Virus record (IMG/VR): IMGVR_UViG_3300032282_005937 | Location: 6,881 to 70,880 of that record | Length of the DNA stretch: 64,000 nt | Source: a virus | Lineage: Duplodnaviria; Caudoviricetes | Reading direction: 5' to 3' (one strand) | Part shown: positions 37,588 to 48,139 of the stretch, in pieces | Numbering within the stretch: the stretch's first letter is position 1 | Layout of the letters: each line of letters starts with the position of its first letter | Notes under the pieces: generated by a model | Seen by the model: the letters and a program-made list of their open reading frames with translations, nothing else | Database searches by the model: none | What the model was told of the DNA's origin: nothing | Program-made: the position numbers and the translations under genes

Positions 37588-38226
37588 ATGTATAGTAATA
37601 CAATTATGGTTTTTGATTTTGAAACAGGTTCTTTAGATATAAATAAGTGTGAAGTAATTCAAGTTGCAGCTATGGCAATAAATAGAAAAACTCTTGAACC
37701 AATCAAAGATGGTATTTTTGAAACATTGATAAAGCCAAGAGACTTTAATAATCTTCAAGATGAAGCTCTTGCAATAAATAAGAAAACAAGGGAAGAATTG
37801 AAGCTTGCACCAAGTATTGATGCTGTTTGGAAAAAGCTTGCAGATTTTATTTCAATGTTTAATAACGGCAAAGGAAATATTTCTGCACCAATTCCAGCAG
37901 GAAAAAACATAAGACATTTTGATATGCCTATTTTCCAAAGAGTTTGCTCAGAACTTGGTTATGTAGATAAGAATGGAAATCAGAATTTATTAAATAGAAG
38001 AAGTATGTATGACCTTGATGAAATAATGATGTTATGGTTTGATAACACTACAGTAGTTCCAAACTATAAGATGGATACACTTAGAGATTTCTTTGGATTA
38101 TCTAAAGCTAATGCTCATGATGCTTTAACTGATGTTATACAGACTTCTGATATTATTTTACATTTTTTAAAATTGCACAGAAGCATTTTTCCAAAAATTA
38201 AATTTAAAGATGCATTTAGAAAGTAA
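37588..38226 (+). CDS. dnaQ: DEDDh 3'-5' exonuclease (epsilon-like)
   Basis: VFDFETG, N..FD, AHDALTD. Confidence 0.8.
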   Translation: MYSNTIMVFDFETGSLDINKCEVIQVAAMAINRKTLEPIKDGIFETLIKPRDFNNLQDEALAINKKTREELKLAPSIDAVWKKLADFISMFNNGKGNISAPIPAGKNIRHFDMPIFQRVCSELGYVDKNGNQNLLNRRSMYDLDEIMMLWFDNTTVVPNYKMDTLRDFFGLSKANAHDALTDVIQTSDIILHFLKLHRSIFPKIKFKDAFRK

Positions 38227-38228
38227 TT

Positions 38229-39851
38229 ATGAAATATTATAAGTTTGAATGTGGCTGTTCTTGGCCAATAATTGAAGAATCTAAGATAGAAGGTGCTTTA
38301 CCATTAATGGAAGTTGATCCATTAAAATTGCCATACTGCCAGTCAACTTGGGATTTGTTTGCCAGAGGCGATACAAAAGGCGTATTTCAGCTTGAATCAG
38401 ATCTTGGTAAACAATGGAGCAAGCGATTAAGGCCAAAAAACGCAGAACATCTATCTGCCATTGGTGCATTAATTAGGCCAGGAACACTTCGTGCATTAGA
38501 TGAAAACGGCATTAGTATGACTGCTCACTATTGCAAAAGAGCCAACTTTGAAGAACCAGTTGAGTCATATCATCCTGTTGTTGATGAAATTTTGAAGTCA
38601 ACATATGGATCATTGGTTTTTCAAGAACAAGCTATGGAGTTATCTAAGTCTGTAGCTGGCTTTACTCTGCAAGAAGCTGATAAGCTAAGAAAGGCTATGG
38701 GTAAAAAGCTTGCTAGTGAAATGGCAAAATGTAAAAAATTGTTTATTGAGGGTGCTAAAAAAGTTGAAGTTGTAAGCGAAAAACAGGCTGAAGAAATATT
38801 TAGTTGGATTGAACAAAGTCAAAGGTATTCGTTCAATAAAAGTCACAGTTGCTGTTATGGTTTAACTGGATATGATACAGCTTATTTGAAAAGCCATTTT
38901 CCAGTTCAGTTTTATTGTAGTTGGTTATATTATGCAAAGGATAAGCTTGATTCTCAACTTGAGATCATGGATCTTGTTGAAGATGCAAGAAAGTTTAACA
39001 TAGATGTTTTAGCACCAGATGCTTTTAAACTAAATAAAAATTTTGCAACCGATGGTTTAAATATATGGTTTGGTATCACTGATATTAAAGGCATTGGTGA
39101 ATCACAATTCAATAAACTTAAAGCATCTATGGAAAAGAACAAAGATAAGCTAAATACTTGGGAAAATTTTGTAGTATTTTGTTCTGATGAAATACCAAGT
39201 TCTACTATAATAAAACTAATATCTGTTGGTGGATTTAAAAGATATAATACATGTAGACAAAAGCTTTTAGCAGAATATAATTCTTGGGTACAGTTAACAG
39301 ATAAAGAAAGAGAATGGATCAAAATTAATTTTACAGAATCTACTATGGCTGAATTAATATCTTCAGCAGCAAAACCAAAAAAGGAAAATGGTGGTTGCTC
39401 TAACCAGAACAGAGTATTGTTTTTGAAAGACTTAGCTAATTTGCTCATTAATCCACCATCTCCACACATTGATCTTCCTCAGTGGCTAATTTGGTCAGAA
39501 AAGGATGCTTTAGGCATTTCTTTGACTTGTAATGCAATTGATTCATGCGATACTGCACAAGCTAATACTACATGCAAAGAATTTTTAAATGGAAAAACTG
39601 GTTTTATGATTTTTGGAGTTGAAATACGAAGGTGCAAAGAAGTTGTAACAAAGGCTGGTAAATCTCCAGGATCTAAAATGGCTTTTATGTCTATATCAGA
39701 CTCAACTGGAAAAGTGGATGATGTAATATGTTTTCCAGACTCGTACAAAGATAGTTCGTCTTTGTTAAAAGAGGGCAACACTGTTTTAATTCATGGTGAA
39801 AAAAGCAGGGGCAGTGATTCTCTTTTGGTTAAAAAAGTTTTTCAAATTTAG
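38229..39851 (+). CDS. dnaE: DNA polymerase III alpha, C-terminal part (fingers, HhH, OB)
   Basis: G.TKGVFQLES, ALIRPG, TYG..VFQEQ, AD.LRKAMGKK, YSFNKSH, IKGIG, MAF..I.D.TG. Confidence 0.9.
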   Translation: MKYYKFECGCSWPIIEESKIEGALPLMEVDPLKLPYCQSTWDLFARGDTKGVFQLESDLGKQWSKRLRPKNAEHLSAIGALIRPGTLRALDENGISMTAHYCKRANFEEPVESYHPVVDEILKSTYGSLVFQEQAMELSKSVAGFTLQEADKLRKAMGKKLASEMAKCKKLFIEGAKKVEVVSEKQAEEIFSWIEQSQRYSFNKSHSCCYGLTGYDTAYLKSHFPVQFYCSWLYYAKDKLDSQLEIMDLVEDARKFNIDVLAPDAFKLNKNFATDGLNIWFGITDIKGIGESQFNKLKASMEKNKDKLNTWENFVVFCSDEIPSSTIIKLISVGGFKRYNTCRQKLLAEYNSWVQLTDKEREWIKINFTESTMAELISSAAKPKKENGGCSNQNRVLFLKDLANLLINPPSPHIDLPQWLIWSEKDALGISLTCNAIDSCDTAQANTTCKEFLNGKTGFMIFGVEIRRCKEVVTKAGKSPGSKMAFMSISDSTGKVDDVICFPDSYKDSSSLLKEGNTVLIHGEKSRGSDSLLVKKVFQI

Positions 39852-39859
39852 GAGCAGAA

Positions 39860-40231
39860 ATGAACATTTGTAGTTTTATGGGTCGTTTAACTAGAGAACC
39901 AGAATATGTACAATTACAAAATGGAAAAAATGTAATAAATTTTTCTATGGCTGTTAGAAACCCAAATACTGGAAACAAAGATAAAGCAGACACAACATTT
40001 ATTGATTGTGTAGCTTGGGAAGGAACTGCTGATTTAATAAATAAGTATTTTAAAAAAGGTTCTAGGATATTAGTTCATACATCTGCAAAAACAGATAACT
40101 GGATTGATAAAGATACTGGAAAAAATAGGTATAAGATTAAATTTCTTGTACAAAAATTTTGGTATGTAGATCAAAAACAAGAAGATGCGTATTCAAGCAT
40201 TGAAAATGTTGATGAAGAAGAAGTGATTTAA
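39860..40231 (+). CDS. ssb: single-stranded DNA-binding protein
   Basis: MN....GRLTREPE, T.FIDCVAW...A.....FKKG, acidic tail. Confidence 0.9.
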   Translation: MNICSFMGRLTREPEYVQLQNGKNVINFSMAVRNPNTGNKDKADTTFIDCVAWEGTADLINKYFKKGSRILVHTSAKTDNWIDKDTGKNRYKIKFLVQKFWYVDQKQEDAYSSIENVDEEEVI

Positions 40232-40232
40232 T

Positions 40233-41732
40233 ATGCAAAAAAGAAAAGTCCTTCTTGTTAGTGAAGCATCTTATCTTAATTCTGGATATGCCAATTATGG
40301 TTTTCAGATAATGAAAAGGCTTTATGACACTAAGGACTTTGATCTTGCTGAAATAAGTTGTCATGGAAGTGATGATAGATCAAATGAAATACCTTGGAAA
40401 AGCTATGTAGTTCCAAAAAAATCAAACATCTTTGGCGAAGACATATTTAATGATGTTCTAATAGATTTTAAACCAGATATAGTTTGGTCATTTAGAGATC
40501 CTTGGGTAGATGAGTTTATTGGTGATTCAGTATTAAGGAACAACTTTAAATGGGTCTACATGCCAACCGTTGATGCTTTGCCATTAGATATTGACTGGGT
40601 TGATACTATAAGCAGAGCAGATCATATTTTAACATACTCTGATTGGGCAGCAGAAGAACTTAAAAGTTTGTATCCTAATATAAATGTTCTAGGTTCAGCA
40701 TCTCCAGGATTTGACACTAATTTTAAACCTGTTGAAGATAAAATCAAATTTAAGAAACAACATGGAATAAATGAAGAGTCATTAATTATTGGCTCTGTAA
40801 TGAGAAATCAAAAAAGAAAACTTATTCCAGATCTACTTGATGCATTTTCTGAGTTATTAGATAAAGCACCAAAAGAAATTTCTGAAAAATGTTTTTTGTA
40901 TCTTCATACAACTTATCCAGATGTTGGTTGGAATATACCTAGACTTATTGCAGAAAGACCAAAAATATCAAATAAGGTTCTTTTTTCTTATAACTGCAAC
41001 AACTGTTTTAAACTTTCAATCTCTTCTTTTTGTGGTGCGATTATAGAATGTAATAATTGTAAACAAGTTAATTGTACATTCCCTAGAGTATCAAAAGGCT
41101 CAAAAAGAGATGATATGGTTATGGTGTATAACCTTATGGATCTATATGTGCAATACTCTTGTGCAGAAGGTTTTGGTATGCCACTAGTTGAAGCAGCATC
41201 ATGCGGTGTACCAGTTTGTGCTGTAGACTATAGTGCAATGACTGATATAGTTAAAAAACTAGAAGGTTATCCAATAAAAGTCCAAAGATATACATATGAG
41301 GTTGAGACAAATAGAAAGTTTGCTTTGCCAGACAATTCTAGCTTTAGCGATATTTGTATTGAATTTTTTAAGAAACCATACCCTATAAGAAAAGCAATAT
41401 CTAAGAAAACAAGAGATTTAGTTGTTAAAAATTACACATATGAAAAAACATTTGAAAAAATTAAAAATATTTTTTATTCAATAGAACAAGAAAATAAATG
41501 GGATTTACCTTTAAAATTTGCTGAAATGCCAAAAGATTTTAAAGACTGCAATTCTAATAACGACATGATTGAAAAGATTTTTAAAAAAATTCCAATTGAT
41601 TTGGGTCATATTAAACAAAAATGCTTATTTAAATTAAATAATAGGATGCACGATAAACAAAAAGTTTTAAAAGAACTCTCTTCAATATTTGATTCTTATA
41701 ACCATTATGAGTCTTTAAGGGTAAAAAAATGA
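40233..41732 (+). CDS. GT4 glycosyltransferase with Cys-rich insert
   Basis: SGYA, MRNQKRK, EGFGMPLVEAASCGVP; CNNC..CNNC insert. Confidence 0.85.
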   Translation: MQKRKVLLVSEASYLNSGYANYGFQIMKRLYDTKDFDLAEISCHGSDDRSNEIPWKSYVVPKKSNIFGEDIFNDVLIDFKPDIVWSFRDPWVDEFIGDSVLRNNFKWVYMPTVDALPLDIDWVDTISRADHILTYSDWAAEELKSLYPNINVLGSASPGFDTNFKPVEDKIKFKKQHGINEESLIIGSVMRNQKRKLIPDLLDAFSELLDKAPKEISEKCFLYLHTTYPDVGWNIPRLIAERPKISNKVLFSYNCNNCFKLSISSFCGAIIECNNCKQVNCTFPRVSKGSKRDDMVMVYNLMDLYVQYSCAEGFGMPLVEAASCGVPVCAVDYSAMTDIVKKLEGYPIKVQRYTYEVETNRKFALPDNSSFSDICIEFFKKPYPIRKAISKKTRDLVVKNYTYEKTFEKIKNIFYSIEQENKWDLPLKFAEMPKDFKDCNSNNDMIEKIFKKIPIDLGHIKQKCLFKLNNRMHDKQKVLKELSSIFDSYNHYESLRVKK

Positions 41733-42862
41733 AGGTTCTTTACATAGGCGTTTATCGTGATGGAACAGGTTATGGTCAAGCAGCAGAAGATTATATTCTT
41801 TCTTTGAACTCTGTTGGTGTTGATGTTGTTTGTAGACCATTAAAACTTAATAGTGTAGATTATTTACCTAATCCAATAGTGTCTAAGCTTGAGTCTAAAA
41901 GTTCAAAAAATTGCGATATTGTTATTCAACATGTATTGCCAATACATATGCAGTACAATGGAGATTTTGACTACAACATTGGTCTTTTTGCTTATGAAAC
42001 CAGCAACTTTAAAATGTCTGGATGGAAAAATTATTTAAACTTAATGGATGCTAATGTTGTAATAAATAAACAAATGATTAATTCTTGTTTGAGCAGTGGA
42101 GTAAATACGCCATTGCATATAGTTCCTCACGCTAGAGATTTTTCTAGATACATTGAAAAATATGAAAAACTTGAAATAGTAACATCGCAAGTTTTAGATT
42201 CTGATTTTATATTTTATACAATAGGTGAAACAACAAAGAGAAAAAACTTTTCTGCATTGTTAAAAGCTTATTTTACAGAGTTTTCTGAGTCTGAGCCTGT
42301 TTGCCTATTGGTTAAAACCAATAAATCAACTTATGAGTTTTATGACTATTGTGGAAAAATACTTGATGGTCTTTGCATAAAAAATCCACCAAAAGTTATT
42401 ACTATTACAGAAAGAATGTCAGACGAAGAAATAAATAGACTTCATTATACATGTGATGCTTTTGTGCAACCATCTTATGGTGAAGCTTGGGGCATACCAG
42501 CTTTTGATGCAATGGCTTTTGGTAAAACTCCAATTGTCACTAATTGCACTGGATATGTTGAGTACATGGATGAATCTGTTGGTTGGTTGGTTAATGGCTT
42601 TGAGGAACCAGTATTTGCTGCTGATAAACAAACAGATGATATATATACATCTGGTGAAAATTGGTTTTCAGTAGACATATTGGATTTAAAGAGAAAGATG
42701 AGAGAGTGTTACGCAAAGGAAGGAATTAGGAGGTCAAAAGCTGCAAATGCTTTAGATCGTGCTTACGAATTCTCCCATGAAAAAGTGGGTTCAATCTTTC
42801 TTGAGGTATTAAAAAATGTCACAAAAGAAAAGAAAACAGAATTGGTTAGAAGAAGCTACTAA
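41729..42862 (+). CDS. GT4 glycosyltransferase
   Basis: GTGYG.A, AYET, RKN..LLKAY, FVQPSYGEAWGIP.FDAMAFG. Confidence 0.85.
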   Translation: MKVLYIGVYRDGTGYGQAAEDYILSLNSVGVDVVCRPLKLNSVDYLPNPIVSKLESKSSKNCDIVIQHVLPIHMQYNGDFDYNIGLFAYETSNFKMSGWKNYLNLMDANVVINKQMINSCLSSGVNTPLHIVPHARDFSRYIEKYEKLEIVTSQVLDSDFIFYTIGETTKRKNFSALLKAYFTEFSESEPVCLLVKTNKSTYEFYDYCGKILDGLCIKNPPKVITITERMSDEEINRLHYTCDAFVQPSYGEAWGIPAFDAMAFGKTPIVTNCTGYVEYMDESVGWLVNGFEEPVFAADKQTDDIYTSGENWFSVDILDLKRKMRECYAKEGIRRSKAANALDRAYEFSHEKVGSIFLEVLKNVTKEKKTELVRRSY

Positions 42863-43562
42863 CGCAGAAGTAGAAAAAACCATTTCTTGGAGAGATGAAA
42901 GGGATAAAGCTGCTGATGAGCAAAAAGAAAATGCTAATAGCAATAAGTTAAAAGCAAAAACAAAAAATCAAGAAATATACATAAATTCTGTATACACTAA
43001 AACTGTAACAATATGCTCTGGTGTTGCTGGAACAGGTAAAACATATATAGCTTGTGGAATAGCAGCAGAAATGCTCATTGATTTAAAGATAGAAAAAATA
43101 ATTATTGCTAGACCATTAGTTGAATGTGGTCAAAGACTTGGTGCATTCCCAGGAGATCTAAAAGAAAAAACAGAACCTTTTATGACAGCTATGCTTGAAG
43201 TGTTTGGTAAGTTTATGACTAAAACAAAAATGCGTAAAATAAAAACAGATGAAGTTTTAGAAATATGCCCATTAGAAATAATGAGGGGAAGAACATTTCA
43301 TAACTCTGTAATTATTTTAGATGAAGCACAAAATGCTACTAGAAGACAATTAAAAATGTTTCTTACTAGATTTGGACAAGAATCAAAGGTTATTATTTGT
43401 GGCGATCATACTCAAACGGATTTACCGCACTCAGAAGGAAATACAATGAATTGGTTGCTTGATAGGCTTGACCACAATGATATTGGTAAGGTATTCTTGA
43501 CATCTGAAGATGTTCAAAGACATGGCCTTATTCGATATATAATAGAACAGCTTGGTGAATAA
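42816..43562 (+). CDS. phoH: PhoH-family ATPase
   Basis: GVAGTGKT, RP.VE....G..PG, MRGRTF, ILDEAQN, LTR.G..SK....GD..Q.D. Confidence 0.9.
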   Translation: MSQKKRKQNWLEEATNAEVEKTISWRDERDKAADEQKENANSNKLKAKTKNQEIYINSVYTKTVTICSGVAGTGKTYIACGIAAEMLIDLKIEKIIIARPLVECGQRLGAFPGDLKEKTEPFMTAMLEVFGKFMTKTKMRKIKTDEVLEICPLEIMRGRTFHNSVIILDEAQNATRRQLKMFLTRFGQESKVIICGDHTQTDLPHSEGNTMNWLLDRLDHNDIGKVFLTSEDVQRHGLIRYIIEQLGE

Positions 43563-44542
43563 TGCACCATAGTGTCAGCAACATATTACGATCTTCGACT
43601 AGAAAATCTGGTCAAAGACTTAATATTTTAACCTTTTCTACTCATGAAAGATATCAGTCTAATATGGCTGATGTTAATGCTAATTTTTGGGTTATTAATA
43701 ATCCTAAAATTAAAACTTGGAATTTAAATTTTTCAGACATTCCTAAAAATCATACTATGTTAAATAGTATCTCACTTTTAAGCGATATACCAACATACAT
43801 AGATTTTGATTTAATAATTTCTCAAAGCAAATTTGTGCAATTTAATTTAGCTGTTCAGATAGCAGATTATTTAAAAATTCCACTTGTTTGCATTGAACAC
43901 ACTGAAATGTTTGAAGACAGGAAAAAATTTAAACACATGGTTGGTGATACAAACATATTCATATCTGATTATTCTGCTAAAACATGGGAAGCTGATTATG
44001 CCTACTATGTTATTGATCATGGTATAAATAGTTCTCTATTTCACAATAAAAATATAAAAAGAGAAAATCAAGCATTGAGTATTGTAAACGATTGGATAAA
44101 TAGAGATTATGAATGTGGTTTTACACTTTGGAAAGAAGTAACAAAAGATCTTCCAGTTTATGTAGCTGGTGATACACCCAACTTTTCTAAGCCAGCTAAA
44201 AATACAGAAGAGCTTATTGACATCTACAATAGAAACTCTATATTTTTAAATACATCGATGCATAGTCCAGTTCCAACTACTTTGCTTGAAGCTATGTCTT
44301 GTGGGTGTTGTGTTGTTACAACTAAAAACGAAATGATAGACTCATTTATAGAAAATGGTAGAAATGGTTTTGTTTCAAACGATAAAGATGAAATTAGAAA
44401 AAATTTAGAAGTTTGTTTAAATAATCCAGATATGTGTAGGGAAATTGGAAAAAGAGCTAGACAAACAATCATTGATAAGTTTTCTTTAAAGATGTTTACA
44501 GAAAAATGGGATTATGTTTTAAGTAGATCTTTAGGTAAATAA
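43562..44542 (+). CDS. GT4 glycosyltransferase
   Basis: THERY, I.HGI, FLNTS..SP.P..LLEAMSCG, IENG.NGF. Confidence 0.8.
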   Translation: MHHSVSNILRSSTRKSGQRLNILTFSTHERYQSNMADVNANFWVINNPKIKTWNLNFSDIPKNHTMLNSISLLSDIPTYIDFDLIISQSKFVQFNLAVQIADYLKIPLVCIEHTEMFEDRKKFKHMVGDTNIFISDYSAKTWEADYAYYVIDHGINSSLFHNKNIKRENQALSIVNDWINRDYECGFTLWKEVTKDLPVYVAGDTPNFSKPAKNTEELIDIYNRNSIFLNTSMHSPVPTTLLEAMSCGCCVVTTKNEMIDSFIENGRNGFVSNDKDEIRKNLEVCLNNPDMCREIGKRARQTIIDKFSLKMFTEKWDYVLSRSLGK

Positions 44543-44543
44543 A

Positions 44544-45014
44544 ATGAAAATAAACATTTGTTTTGGAAACTCAAACGAATATCTAAATGGATATGTTAAT
44601 ACTAATTTTGTTAAAAATGATAAGTTTGAAAATTGTCATCCTGAGAACTTAGATTCGATTGTAGATGATGGTGAAGCAGACGAAATATTAGCTATTAATG
44701 TTTTAAATTATATTGAGTTTAAAAAAATAAAAGATGTTTTAATTAATTGGTACAAAAAATTAAAATACGATGGTACAATCGTCATATCTTTTTTTGATTT
44801 TACAGAGATATGTAGAGCTTTAACTTCTGGACAATTAGATGTTTTAGATGCAAAGAAACTTATTTATGGTGAACAAAATGAAAGTTGGCAATTTTTTAAA
44901 TCTGGATTTTCATTAATTGAACTAAAGAAGTTTTTTTTATCCATTGGTTCTAAGGTAGAATATTGTAAAATAGATGGTTTTATTTCACACATTAAAGTTA
45001 GGAGAATTAAGTGA
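44544..45014 (+). CDS. methyltransferase-like protein (degenerate SAM motif)
   Basis: KINIC.G....L.GY.N; D.I.A..VL.Y; W...LK.DG.I.I...DF. Confidence 0.55.
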   Translation: MKINICFGNSNEYLNGYVNTNFVKNDKFENCHPENLDSIVDDGEADEILAINVLNYIEFKKIKDVLINWYKKLKYDGTIVISFFDFTEICRALTSGQLDVLDAKKLIYGEQNESWQFFKSGFSLIELKKFFLSIGSKVEYCKIDGFISHIKVRRIK

Positions 45015-45838
45015 GCAATTTGCACACAAGCTGTAGGGATTGTTTTTATGCAATTTATGAAGAGTCTGAAAAAACTCAAATTGGTTGTCATTTTAATAAG
45101 TTGGAAAAACTTAAAGAAAATAATATTGCAATAACAGAATCTTATGATGATGAAAAAGAATTTTTTGTTCTAGAAAAACATGCTTGTATGGCCTATAGAA
45201 CTAAGTCATCTATGATTGCTGCTAATCAAGATGTTAAAGAAAGTATGGAGTTAACTAGAAAACAAATGTCGCCTAAAATTGCTGCTGTTATAAATGTATT
45301 TAATAAAGACATGGAAGGATTAAAGAAAACAATTCAGCAGATATCTGATCAAGATATTCAATTTTATGAAGTTATTTTTTGTGTTTCATCAGGTATAAAG
45401 CCATCAGAAATTATATCTATGATTCATAAGCTAAACTGTACATTTAAATGGAATATAAAACAAATAGTAGATGAATATTGGTTGGGTTCTAGAGCAATAA
45501 ATGTTTCTGTTCAAAACAGCAAGTCTACATATTTTGCACTTTTTAATTGTGGGTTTGATATACCCAAAGCTTTTGTTAAAGAAATTGATGAAGCTATTTG
45601 TGACCAGATGAAAAGATTTATTGTGCTTCATGGTGTTGATGAAGAGGGAAATGGCTCTGTTTATCAAACATATGCTTTTAATGCATTAAGGGGCAATGAA
45701 GAGGCTTTCATTGAGCAAGAAAATGATAAACCAGCACACACTTTTTTAGAAAAGTTGAACTATCTTGCAGCCCAAAGTGATTTGATGCACCTACTTAAGA
45801 AATGCGAAGAAGTATGTCCTTGCATGAAAAACCACTAG
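45011..45838 (+). CDS. Cys-motif plus degenerate GT-A-like protein
   Basis: HT.C.DC..A...Q.GC N-domain; GT2-like secondary-structure pattern. Confidence 0.45.
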   Translation: MSNLHTSCRDCFYAIYEESEKTQIGCHFNKLEKLKENNIAITESYDDEKEFFVLEKHACMAYRTKSSMIAANQDVKESMELTRKQMSPKIAAVINVFNKDMEGLKKTIQQISDQDIQFYEVIFCVSSGIKPSEIISMIHKLNCTFKWNIKQIVDEYWLGSRAINVSVQNSKSTYFALFNCGFDIPKAFVKEIDEAICDQMKRFIVLHGVDEEGNGSVYQTYAFNALRGNEEAFIEQENDKPAHTFLEKLNYLAAQSDLMHLLKKCEEVCPCMKNH

Positions 45839-46584
45839 TATCCATAGTAATACCAAATCACAATTATGGTAAATGGATAGAAGATGCTATAGATAGCGTT
45901 GTCTACGATGATTATTCTAATAAAAGAATAGTTGTTGTAGACGATGGTTCTACCGATGGATCAGCTAAAAAAGTTTATGATCTTTTATCAGATCCAAAAG
46001 CTTCTGAAGCATCTGGAATATCTGGTATAACAGGCAAATATAAAAAAACAGATGTTGAAATAACATTAATAGCTTGTAATGAGTGCAGAGGACCATCTGC
46101 TGCAAGAAACATAGGAATAAAGTTTTATTGGGAAAATACTGATGTTTATTCATTCTTAGATTCTGATGATATGCACATAAATGGAAAATTAAAAGAAAGT
46201 TTATCTGCTTTAATTAGTGGATGGGGATCAATTGGTGCTGTATATTGCGATTATATAAATTTTGATTATAAAAACAATATAAGTTTTCAACAGCACAAAG
46301 AAGCTTTTTGTTCTGAAAAAATATTGAAAGAATGTATAATGCCATCATGTAATTTAGTTCCTAAATATGTCTTTGAAAAAATAGGTTTTTATGATGAGGC
46401 TATGCGTGTTGCAGAAGATTGGGATCTTTGGATAAGAATGTCTAAACATTTTATTGCTTATCATATCCCAAAAACTCTTACAATAATGAGAACAGGAAGT
46501 TATAATTCTACCAATACTGTTTCTGAGGAAGTGTGGTCTAAAAACTGGCGAAGAATTTTAGAAAAAATAAAAAATGATAAATGA
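45814..46584 (+). CDS. GT2 glycosyltransferase
   Basis: PLVSIVIP.HN, VVDDGSTD, GPSAARN.G, FLDSDD, AEDWDLW. Confidence 0.9.
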   Translation: MSLHEKPLVSIVIPNHNYGKWIEDAIDSVVYDDYSNKRIVVVDDGSTDGSAKKVYDLLSDPKASEASGISGITGKYKKTDVEITLIACNECRGPSAARNIGIKFYWENTDVYSFLDSDDMHINGKLKESLSALISGWGSIGAVYCDYINFDYKNNISFQQHKEAFCSEKILKECIMPSCNLVPKYVFEKIGFYDEAMRVAEDWDLWIRMSKHFIAYHIPKTLTIMRTGSYNSTNTVSEEVWSKNWRRILEKIKNDK

Positions 46585-47260
46585 TACATGCATTATTATT
46601 CCAGTTGCTGGTCTTGGTAAAAGAATGAAGGCATATGGCCCCAAAGCATCAATACGCATAGACAAAGAAGAAACAGTTTTAAGTAGACAAATTAAAATTT
46701 TAAGAAGTTTTTTTCCAAAATCAAAAATAATTGTAGTTTGTGGTTTTCAAAAAGAAAAAATATTTGAAATAATTGATCAAGATATTGTTTGTGTTGAAAA
46801 TAAAAGGTATAAAACTTCAAATATTTGTCTTTCAATTAAAATAGCTTTAGATAAATGTCATTGCAAGAAAATCTTGATAGTGAATGGAGATCTAGTTTTT
46901 ACTGGTGAAATATTTAATACAATGCCAAAAAACACATCTTGGATTGCTATTGACACTAATATAAATCAAAGATCTTCTGAAGTTGGCGTTAATATAGTGG
47001 AAGGTCAAATAACTAATTTCTGTTATGGTTTAAATCCTAAGTGGGGTCAAATAGTTTGTTTAATAGGAAGAGAAATGGAATTCTTTAAAAGAATAGTTGT
47101 TTTAGAAAGATCTGAAAAAAAGTTTTCCTTTGAAATACTTAATGATGTAATAGATATGGGTGGTATTATAAAGCCACAAATAAACAAGAAGTGGAAGCTT
47201 GTTGAAATAGACACATCTAAAGATATAGTTAGAGCTAAAAAGCTTGTAAGGAAGGTTTAA
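46574..47260 (+). CDS. nucleotidyltransferase (sugar- or choline-phosphate NTP transferase family)
   Basis: II.VAG.G.RM...GPK, V.GF, EN..Y, NGDL, EIDT..D. Confidence 0.8.
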   Translation: MINDTCIIIPVAGLGKRMKAYGPKASIRIDKEETVLSRQIKILRSFFPKSKIIVVCGFQKEKIFEIIDQDIVCVENKRYKTSNICLSIKIALDKCHCKKILIVNGDLVFTGEIFNTMPKNTSWIAIDTNINQRSSEVGVNIVEGQITNFCYGLNPKWGQIVCLIGREMEFFKRIVVLERSEKKFSFEILNDVIDMGGIIKPQINKKWKLVEIDTSKDIVRAKKLVRKV

Positions 47261-48139
47261 ATGAATGTTCTATGCGACATGGAATATCCATTAGATGAAA
47301 AAGAAATGTTTGGATGGGGCAAAGCATTTTCCTCAATAGATCATGAGTTCTTTTTTTTAAATAGAAAAGAAAAAGCAATAATTGATGCTTTTGAAGAAAA
47401 AAAACCTTCTATATTTATAACTCATGCAGCCCTATTAAATAGAGCATCGTGTAAAGCTATTATTAAAAACGAATACTGTAAAACATTTGTGTTTATTGAT
47501 TCAGAAGAAGACAAAGAAAAACTAAAAGATAAATCAAATGTTTTTTATATTTCAAAAAATAAAAATTTAAATTGCATGTTTGTAGAAGAATCTTGCGATC
47601 TTTATTTGTCGTTAAAACCAAAAACAAACATAAATATGATATCTGACATATGTTATATAGGCGACTATGTAAAAGAGTATATTCTTTCAAAGTGTTTTTC
47701 TATGTTTAGGGTTAAGTGTTGGGGAAATACAAAGTGGCCCTTCACAACATATTTGGGCAAAATTAAACCAGACAAAATAAAAGATGCAATATGTTCTTCA
47801 ACAACATCTTTATATCTTGATGATTTAAACAATAAAAGCTGGCCACTATATACATATCTATGCAATAGACCAATACTTTCCTATAAAAGTGCATGGTTAA
47901 AAAATGTTTTAAAAGATACATCTTTATGTTTCTCAGACGAAGAATCTTTTTTTGAAAATCTTTTAAACATAATTAGAAATCCAGAAATTGCATATCAAAA
48001 CATAAAAATCAATTCGCAATTTATAAAAAATAATCATTTGTCACATCATAGGGTTTCAGCTATACTAGATACTATAGGACTTAAGGAGGATTCAATAAAA
48101 TGTATAAATGTTGCGATGGATCTAATAAAGAAGTATTAA
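47261..48139 (+). CDS. CgeB-like / GT-B related protein
   Basis: SDICYIG, WG..W....YLG, ...HL..HRV..IL. Confidence 0.5.
   Translation: MNVLCDMEYPLDEKEMFGWGKAFSSIDHEFFFLNRKEKAIIDAFEEKKPSIFITHAALLNRASCKAIIKNEYCKTFVFIDSEEDKEKLKDKSNVFYISKNKNLNCMFVEESCDLYLSLKPKTNINMISDICYIGDYVKEYILSKCFSMFRVKCWGNTKWPFTTYLGKIKPDKIKDAICSSTTSLYLDDLNNKSWPLYTYLCNRPILSYKSAWLKNVLKDTSLCFSDEESFFENLLNIIRNPEIAYQNIKINSQFIKNNHLSHHRVSAILDTIGLKEDSIKCINVAMDLIKKY

Noticed and set aside
37250-38330. Split intein or intron joining the DnaE halves
   Set aside because: No intein block A or HN-C/S/T ending at the breaks; the intervening DNA is fully occupied by two ORFs and no intron core was recognised.
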